Of a DNA stretch of 64,000 nt, positions 57,843 to 64,000 are shown one piece after another (the first letter of the stretch is position 1; each line of letters begins with the position of its first letter). The notes beneath the pieces were generated by a model. The model did not search any database. It had not been told where the DNA came from and saw nothing but the letters and a program-made list of their open reading frames with translations. Position numbers and translations under genes: made by a program. The DNA comes from Bacteroidia bacterium (GTDB taxonomy: Bacteria; Bacteroidota; Bacteroidia; M30B66): assembly GCA_965279035.1 (NCBI GenBank), contig OZ257142.1, positions 3,008,001 through 3,072,000 of the forward strand. Direction: 5' to 3'.

Positions 57843-58280
57843 TTATACACTTAAAAAGCGCTCCAAGCGATTAAAATTTTCTTCATTTTTAGGAATAACA
57901 AAAGGCTTCATTTTTTCACATTCATCAAGACTTGGAAAATACATGCAAAAGGTCATTCGAGTTTCCATTTCTGAAATCGCTTTAAACAGGATATCCATAT
58001 CAAATAAAGGTTGACTATTCCTTGACCAACTCACCTTTTTCATTGGTTCAACATGAGTAAAAACAGATGAATTTTCATAGTTCCCTTTTTCGGGACCGTG
58101 CATGGTTAGTAGCCATTTCCCACCCGGTTGCAAATCGAATTTGTGAATTGTATTTGTAAAGCCTTGAGGTCCCCACCAAGTAGCTAATTGAATGGGATCT
58201 TCAAAAGCCTTGTAAACACGAGCTATACTTTCTGAAAATATACGTGAACTAATGATGACTTTTTCGGATCCTTGATTCAT
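57843..58280 (-). CDS. SRPBCC/AHSA1 domain protein
   Basis: WWGPQGFTNT...DLQPGGKW...MHGP, NEENFNRLE. Confidence 0.88.
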   Translation of the reverse strand: MNQGSEKVIISSRIFSESIARVYKAFEDPIQLATWWGPQGFTNTIHKFDLQPGGKWLLTMHGPEKGNYENSSVFTHVEPMKKVSWSRNSQPLFDMDILFKAISEMETRMTFCMYFPSLDECEKMKPFVIPKNEENFNRLERFLSV

Positions 58281-58443
58281 AAATAATGGATTGAATGATT
58301 AAATAAACGAAATAATTCTAAAAATTAAAATCAAGTTTTCTATTAAACTAGATTAATCAATCTATCAATTTTCGATAAATTAACTTATTCCACTTAGCTT
58401 CAATACTTCAAATTATGTTAATTGATAAAATAGAAATTTTCAA

Positions 58444-59004
58444 TCAAATATTCTGAATTGAAATTCGTCTTTTCACTTTCAAAGCTTTAAAATGTGATGG
58501 TGTTAAGCCAGTTACTTTCTTAAACTGAGCTGATAAATGCGCAACACTGCTATAATGTAGCTTATAAGAAATCTCTGTTAAAGTATCTTCACCAAAGATT
58601 ATTAACTCTTTGATTCGTTCAATTTTTAAAGCAATAATAAATTGCTCTATCGTAGTAGCTTCTACCTCTGAAAAGAAATTAGCTAAATAAGGATAACTCA
58701 TTTCCAACTCTTCACTCAATAAAACTGAAAAGTTCATATTGGGTTTATCATCCGATTTATAGACATAATCAACCATCACTTTGCGAATCCGTTCGATTAA
58801 AATACCTTGCTTTTTCTCTAAAAGCTCCAATCCAACTTTCTTTATTTTATTATTTAACAGAATCTTATCTTCATCTGTCACATCTTTTTTTGTTTCAATT
58901 TCTCCCAATTCAACTCTTATTGGGGAAATATGAAGTTCATTCAAAGCTTCACGAACAAATGCTTTGCAGCTTTCACAAGCCATGTTTTTGACAAATATTT
59001 TCAT
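58444..59004 (-). CDS. AraC family regulator with N-terminal HMA-like CxxC
   Basis: MKIFVKNMACESC; LHYSSVAHLSAQFKKVTGLTPSHFK. Confidence 0.9.
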   Translation of the reverse strand: MKIFVKNMACESCKAFVREALNELHISPIRVELGEIETKKDVTDEDKILLNNKIKKVGLELLEKKQGILIERIRKVMVDYVYKSDDKPNMNFSVLLSEELEMSYPYLANFFSEVEATTIEQFIIALKIERIKELIIFGEDTLTEISYKLHYSSVAHLSAQFKKVTGLTPSHFKALKVKRRISIQNI

Positions 59005-59201
59005 TAAATTAATTTAGATTTAAAAAAAAAAAAGCAAATCTTTAACTAAGAATTATTACTTTTAAATTATTCTGTGAAAGGTAAGCTTATAAAGTGTTCT
59101 AATTACGTCTTTTTTCAAATGTGAAAAATAGAATTAATTTAAAGATTTTATTTTCGTGTATAAGTCTCATGCATTGATTGATAGAATATAATCAACCAGA
59201 A

Positions 59202-60128
59202 TTACTCAATAGGAATACATAAATCCACTTCAAATTTACCAGATGGTTCGCTATTAAATGAACTATGATAAATTTCAAACGGATTGCGATCTGCCTTTTT
59301 ATAACCTTGTTCACTCATCCAAATAAATACGCTGTTCCATGATTGTTCAAACTCTTGTGATGCAATATGAAAACGAGCAACAATACATCTACCCTTTTCC
59401 AAATTACTTTTGCTCATTTCAGCTTCGGTTTTTAATTCAGTTGGTGATATTACACCAATACTCATGCGCACTTTATGGGCATCGGTAATTTTAAAACTAT
59501 CATGAAAAACACGACAAATATGTGTATCACTTTTGCTCAAAATTCCCTTTGGATTTGCCCATTTAAGCACACGTTTAAATGTTGATTCGATGTTACTAAC
59601 GCCGATATGTGTTGTGTAGGCAAAAAACATGTTAGGCATTTCTTTAATCTCCATTGTTGCATTCATTTTCAGCCAGGTTTTAAGTTGTTCGATTGTACAA
59701 AGATATTCCTGGGTGATAAAGTCCTGTTGATGCATCTTGCTAATCTCTTTACCAATCTTGCTAAAATTATTCAGGTTGGATTTTCGAAAAGCGGATGGAC
59801 TTTGATTATAGATTTTCCTAAATGTGCGAGAATAGGTAGAATCGTTTTTAAACCCATACTTCTCAGCTATTTGAGCAATACTGTATTCATTGTTATGAAT
59901 GAGCATTAAGGCTGTCCGTTCGATGCGTTTACGGGTAATGTAGGTATTCAACGTTTCATTGGTAATAGCTTTAAACAGACGATGCAGGTGAAAAGGAGAA
60001 TAAAAAGCTATAGCAGAAACCTTTTCTAAGGTTAGATCAGCTTCCAAATGCTCATCGATATAAGATAAAACCTTATAGATGCGTTTGATGTATTCTTCTT
60101 GCATAGAACCACTAAATGGAAGGTTCAA
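59202..60128 (-). CDS. AraC family regulator with C-terminal GyrI-like effector domain
   Basis: SPFHLHRLFK, YSRTFRK.Y..SPS.FR; C-terminal PFEIYH...VDLCIPI. Confidence 0.9.
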   Translation of the reverse strand: MNLPFSGSMQEEYIKRIYKVLSYIDEHLEADLTLEKVSAIAFYSPFHLHRLFKAITNETLNTYITRKRIERTALMLIHNNEYSIAQIAEKYGFKNDSTYSRTFRKIYNQSPSAFRKSNLNNFSKIGKEISKMHQQDFITQEYLCTIEQLKTWLKMNATMEIKEMPNMFFAYTTHIGVSNIESTFKRVLKWANPKGILSKSDTHICRVFHDSFKITDAHKVRMSIGVISPTELKTEAEMSKSNLEKGRCIVARFHIASQEFEQSWNSVFIWMSEQGYKKADRNPFEIYHSSFNSEPSGKFEVDLCIPIE

Positions 60129-60217
60129 ATAAAGAAAAAGAATAGTTAAAAATGAATATGATGCGAATAAATAATAATTCGACTATTCAGAAGTTAATCA
60201 GGAAAGCTGGTTTAATA

Positions 60218-61585
60218 TTACGCAGTTTCCGGTTTCACTAATAATGAACCTTCTGCCAAAGCTAGTTCCAGGTAATTTTTCTCAAGTACTTCAACTTGTT
60301 CGCGGTGTTTATTGGTTTTGATAACCTTCAAAATAACAGACGCAACAATAACCAAACAGGCAAAAACTAAAAAGAGCATTTTCCAATTACTAAATGGGCG
60401 AATGAATCCAAACAATGCAGCTCCGGCCGATAAACCTGTATTGAAAACAGTCATGCATAAAGTAAATTGAATGGCCGAAATACGCTTCCAGCATAAATGC
60501 ATAGCCAAAGCTAAAACACCAATATTTATTAACGTGAGTAGGGAACAAAAGATGGCAATAAAAGCAATAATTATTTGATCGTTTTTCCAAAGGTACTCAG
60601 CAAATACCATGGAAATACTAAGCAGTGCTATGAGAACGAATCCGCCTTGAATTAAGCGAATAATACCAAATCGCTGAATAACAATAACGCCGATTAACAT
60701 GCCCAAAATACCACCAACTAAATTAGATAATGAAAAAACTTTGGAATAATAAATATTCGTCCAACCGAGTTCTTTAATGGTAAAAATAGGTAGCAAAGTC
60801 CGCATATAATGCAAAGCTGCCATGGTAATAAAAACGGTTACAACAAGTAAAAGGGTATTTCGGAGTACTAAAACTTGTTTAAACGATTTAAATAATTTAC
60901 CCCATGAATCAACTATTAAAAGAGCAGCATCAGGAGACGTCACTCCTTTAGTCCAGGGTAGTAGCTTCTCCCCTCTTCTTTCACGCAGAAATAGGGGAAC
61001 AAATAGAATTATCACAATTGAAATAGACATGCTTAAAACAGCAGTAGAAAAACCCTGTTCGTTGATTAACCAGCTTCCTAAGAATAATGAGATTGATGTT
61101 CCAATTGTTTTAGAGCCCCACATGAGGCTATTGGCTTTTCCTTGTTGCTCGAGAGGCACAATGTCGATTACTAAGCTATCGGTGGCAATATCTTGAAATA
61201 GGATAAAAACATGAACACATAATGCCAGTGTGGTGATGAGCGCTAGGTTTTCCAAAGGGTTGGGAACGAAGGACAAAGCAATTAAACTACAGAGAATTCC
61301 AAATTGTCCCATAATTAACCAGGGCCTTCTGCGCCCCATGGGTAAATAGGTATAACGCTCCATCATGGGAGCTAATAGTATTTTAAGACTAAAAGGGATT
61401 AGAACTATTGCACTATAACCTGCAATTTCGGTTGCACTTTTACCATTCATGGCCAACCAAGCTGGTATGGCAAAAATGGTTATCCCTTCTGGAATTCCTT
61501 GGGAGAAATATAAGACGATAAATGTAAAATAGCGTAATACTGGATTTTCGGATAATACTAATTCACGTGTGTTTGATAATGCCAT
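60218..61585 (-). CDS. MFS transporter, AmpG/RhtX-like
   Basis: LYFSQGIP, PFSLK, GRRRPW, QDIATD; 12 TM. Confidence 0.85.
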   Translation of the reverse strand: MALSNTRELVLSENPVLRYFTFIVLYFSQGIPEGITIFAIPAWLAMNGKSATEIAGYSAIVLIPFSLKILLAPMMERYTYLPMGRRRPWLIMGQFGILCSLIALSFVPNPLENLALITTLALCVHVFILFQDIATDSLVIDIVPLEQQGKANSLMWGSKTIGTSISLFLGSWLINEQGFSTAVLSMSISIVIILFVPLFLRERRGEKLLPWTKGVTSPDAALLIVDSWGKLFKSFKQVLVLRNTLLLVVTVFITMAALHYMRTLLPIFTIKELGWTNIYYSKVFSLSNLVGGILGMLIGVIVIQRFGIIRLIQGGFVLIALLSISMVFAEYLWKNDQIIIAFIAIFCSLLTLINIGVLALAMHLCWKRISAIQFTLCMTVFNTGLSAGAALFGFIRPFSNWKMLFLVFACLVIVASVILKVIKTNKHREQVEVLEKNYLELALAEGSLLVKPETA

Positions 61586-61653
61586 ATTGTTTTTTTTATT
61601 AAAACTTAAATACCAGATTCAATCAATTCCTAATTAATATTATACAATTCCAG

Positions 61654-62775
61654 TTATTCTGAAAATTTCACAACAGATTTCCCATCATAGCGAAATAAAC
61701 TCATTCCCATAGAACTAAACCAGATAGTTGAGTCTTTATCTTCCATCATAAAATAAACTTCTTTATTGAATACTTTGGAAAATGGAGCGCTCGATACTGG
61801 ATTTCCTTTAAAATTAGAATGCCACAATCCGCCTAATGTATCGCCTTTGTCTTTTCCATAACCAGAAGCCACCCACAATTTCCCCGATTTATCTTCTATA
61901 ATGGCATTTAAAGAACCTTCTATTAATTCATTCGGTTGAAGATAATCGTTGAAAGTGTTTCCATTGTATGACCAGACACCATAATGGCGTGTAGCTAATA
62001 ATAAATTTCCGTTTTTACTTTTAACGATGTGGCGAAACCAGCCCTCGCCTTGCGGACGAAAACGAGTGAGTGCTTTTCCATCGTATTTAATGAGTCCTTC
62101 ATATCCAGGGAGCATGCCGGAAGCAAACCACATGTTTCCATCAGAATCCTCGACCATATCGGAGATTAATTTGAGGTGCAAACTGTCTCTATTTTCGACT
62201 TGCTTATTGGCTAAAAAAAGGGTGAAATTAAAACCATCGTAACAGTATACCCCATCACCTCCTCCAAACCACATTAATCCGTTTTTATCTTGCAGAATGC
62301 TCCAGATGGTACTTTTGGGGCACCAATCGGAATAATACATATTATCGGTGACAGGACGAATCAGATCACTTATCGGAATGCGTTTAATGGTTTCCCCATC
62401 GAGGCAACAAATACCCTCGGTTGTACCAATCCAAATTCGTCCCACTCGATCTTCATAAATGGACCAAACGTAATTGCTACTGAGTCCTTCTTTGGTGGTG
62501 AATTGGATAAATTCCTTACCATCGAAACGATAGAGGCCTTCTCCATTGGAACCGAACCAAAGAATACCTGATTTGTCTTGAATGCCACAGGTGAAGTTGG
62601 TGTAAATACCAACGCTTTGCGTACGTGTTACTAAGGGCTTTCTGCTTAATTGTGAAAATGCAACCGTTTTTTTATCAGAAGGAATGGGAGATGGAGTTTG
62701 TCCGTTGCAGGCGTTGAGGGAGAGAAGCACCCAAAAGAAACAAATGAATAAATTGGGTTGGGTGTTTTTGAGCAT
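61654..62775 (-). CDS. Stand-alone two-component-regulator propeller (Reg_prop) lipoprotein
   Basis: Lipobox (LNAC); repeats I.[EQ]Dk.G.lWfG...G...yDG. Confidence 0.85.
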   Translation of the reverse strand: MLKNTQPNLFICFFWVLLSLNACNGQTPSPIPSDKKTVAFSQLSRKPLVTRTQSVGIYTNFTCGIQDKSGILWFGSNGEGLYRFDGKEFIQFTTKEGLSSNYVWSIYEDRVGRIWIGTTEGICCLDGETIKRIPISDLIRPVTDNMYYSDWCPKSTIWSILQDKNGLMWFGGGDGVYCYDGFNFTLFLANKQVENRDSLHLKLISDMVEDSDGNMWFASGMLPGYEGLIKYDGKALTRFRPQGEGWFRHIVKSKNGNLLLATRHYGVWSYNGNTFNDYLQPNELIEGSLNAIIEDKSGKLWVASGYGKDKGDTLGGLWHSNFKGNPVSSAPFSKVFNKEVYFMMEDKDSTIWFSSMGMSLFRYDGKSVVKFSE

Positions 62776-62895
62776 GGAGTACTATTGAAAAGGGAAAGTA
62801 GTGAAATAGTGCTCGGTTGACAAATAATGAGAAATCAATATAAAGTCAGCCCGGTTTATAAAACAAAATATTTTACATGGATTTAACTACACTAA

Positions 62896-62976
62896 TTACA
62901 ACACCCTAACAAACTCCCCTACTACACGCATGTTTTCAGCAGATTCTTTGGTGATGAGGATATCTTGGTAGGATGG
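62896..62976 (-). pseudogene. Remnant C-terminus of an S24/LexA-like (DUF3427-type) protein
   Basis: Manual translation PSYQDILITKESAENMRVVGEFVRVL*, with an in-frame TAG just upstream (62983-62985). Confidence 0.55.
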
Positions 62977-63067
62977 AAAACACTATACAATTCAAAATCA
63001 AAGATGTTAATATCATCTCAAATAGAGAATATTTTAAAGATATATGTACAATATTAGAATTAGATTT

Positions 63068-64000
63068 TTAGGTTAATTCAAATCCGGATTTTAATAATGT
63101 TTTCAAATGTTTTTCAGCAATAGATTTATGGAAATCATTTAATGGTTTGAGTTCATATGCCAAATCTGCTATGTATGTTCTTTCACCATGAGTTAATATT
63201 TTCATTCTAGAATCCCATTCTACCATTTGTCTTAAAACATTCAAGTTTACTTTAGGAACCGCTATTGAAGAACTTTCTTTAGTTTTTGTTGTTTCTTTGT
63301 TAAAATAGTTTGATGCCAAATGAATGTCCTTAACAGATGGGGCAATACCTTTTGAAAGTTCAACTGCAATCTTATTAAATACAGAAGCAAACATATTAGT
63401 ACTTTCAGAAGCCTTCTGCTCAATTGACTTAAATAAGTCAAGAAGTCCTATTCCGTTTTCAATAGCTTGGTTGTATTTCAATATTATAAACTTTAATGTG
63501 CTTTCAATTTGATAATTGTATGGGGTATCTATTTGGTCAAAAATCTCAGGATTATTTTTTCGAATTTCGTTCAACAGAGTGTTTTCAAATTGCAATAGGT
63601 CTTCACTTAAATCTTCTAACTTTAATAGTGAAGAAATAATACTATCCACTTTTTTCGTTTGGAATTGAGAAAGTGTATCATATTTCTTTTTTATCTGATT
63701 GTAAAACTCTCCGCCTTTAGAAAGAATTTCAATGTTCATTTGTATTCTTTCAAAATCAACCTCCGTTTTATCTCTTTTCAATTTATCTTTAACTGAAACT
63801 GAATATTTGTTAAGTATTTGCTGAGAAATTTTTGAAGACATGAATTTCTCAATCTCATGTGAGACTGAAATATTATCCCACAATTTTTTATTCTTTGAAT
63901 ATTCTCCAAAATCATCGCTTTCCGAGTATTTTTTAATCAAATCATTCATTAACGCCATCAACTCTGTAAAAAATGTAATCAGGTCGTCATCTAGTTTTTC
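63068..64000 (-). CDS. C-terminal part of a large protein, probably AIPR family (5' end beyond window)
   Basis: Frame open to the window edge (EKLDDDLITFFTELMALMNDLIKKYS..FGEYSKNKKLW), resembling AIPR C-terminal regions as recalled. The diagnostic AIPR core is not visible. Confidence 0.5.
   Translation of the reverse strand, partial: EKLDDDLITFFTELMALMNDLIKKYSESDDFGEYSKNKKLWDNISVSHEIEKFMSSKISQQILNKYSVSVKDKLKRDKTEVDFERIQMNIEILSKGGEFYNQIKKKYDTLSQFQTKKVDSIISSLLKLEDLSEDLLQFENTLLNEIRKNNPEIFDQIDTPYNYQIESTLKFIILKYNQAIENGIGLLDLFKSIEQKASESTNMFASVFNKIAVELSKGIAPSVKDIHLASNYFNKETTKTKESSSIAVPKVNLNVLRQMVEWDSRMKILTHGERTYIADLAYELKPLNDFHKSIAEKHLKTLLKSGFELT

Noticed and set aside
59022-59033. 12-bp poly-A tract just upstream of the AraC gene as a phase-variation switch
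   Set aside because: It is non-coding in very AT-rich DNA, with no evidence of length variation from a single sequence.
41155-63067. Integron or pdif-type cassette array
   Set aside because: No repeated attC (RYYYAAC...GTTRRRY) or XerC/D-like sites were found in the spacers by eye, and there is no integrase in the window.
1708-63512. Numerous 60-125 aa ORFs antisense to or nested within long genes in the ORF track
   Set aside because: They are shadow frames of well-supported genes and carry no recognisable motifs.
1-64000. tRNA, rRNA, CRISPR or prophage genes
   Set aside because: No cloverleaf or rRNA-like segments, regularly spaced repeats or phage structural genes were seen.

Overview
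AT-rich bacterial chromosomal window, almost certainly Bacteroidota: it has several T9SS C-terminal-domain proteins, TAnnTTTG -7 promoter boxes and a fused E1 alpha/beta 2-oxoacid dehydrogenase. (1) 1-18.3 kb, minus strand: a ~1,900-aa PKD-repeat surface protein, then an intergenic region with two palindromic operators 53 bp apart, a receiver-only response regulator and a Wzy-dependent polysaccharide operon (wza, a wzc with a degenerate kinase domain, wzx, wzy, three GT4 enzymes, an O-acyltransferase). The operon also encodes an unusual 826-aa triple fusion (APH/choline-kinase-like + Pol-beta nucleotidyltransferase-like + thymidylate-kinase-like), the best candidate for an undescribed system. 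(2) 18.6-33.7 kb: mixed genes, including a secreted GHSMGGG alpha/beta hydrolase, MlaEFD, queD, TonB, an XRE pair, a secreted serine hydrolase, structured intergenic repeats, a CotH kinase, a DASS transporter and a permuted GH114-like protein. (3) 33.8-41.1 kb: a 2-oxoacid/phenylacetate-linked catabolic cluster interrupted by an AAA ATPase. (4) 41.3-64 kb: co-oriented accessory stress, resistance and regulatory genes, with an intact IS4-family element (18-bp IRs, 9-bp TSD), a decayed promoter duplication and gene remnants, ending in a probable AIPR gene at the edge. No rRNA, tRNA or CRISPR array was seen. All assignments are from motif reading by eye, with no database search.
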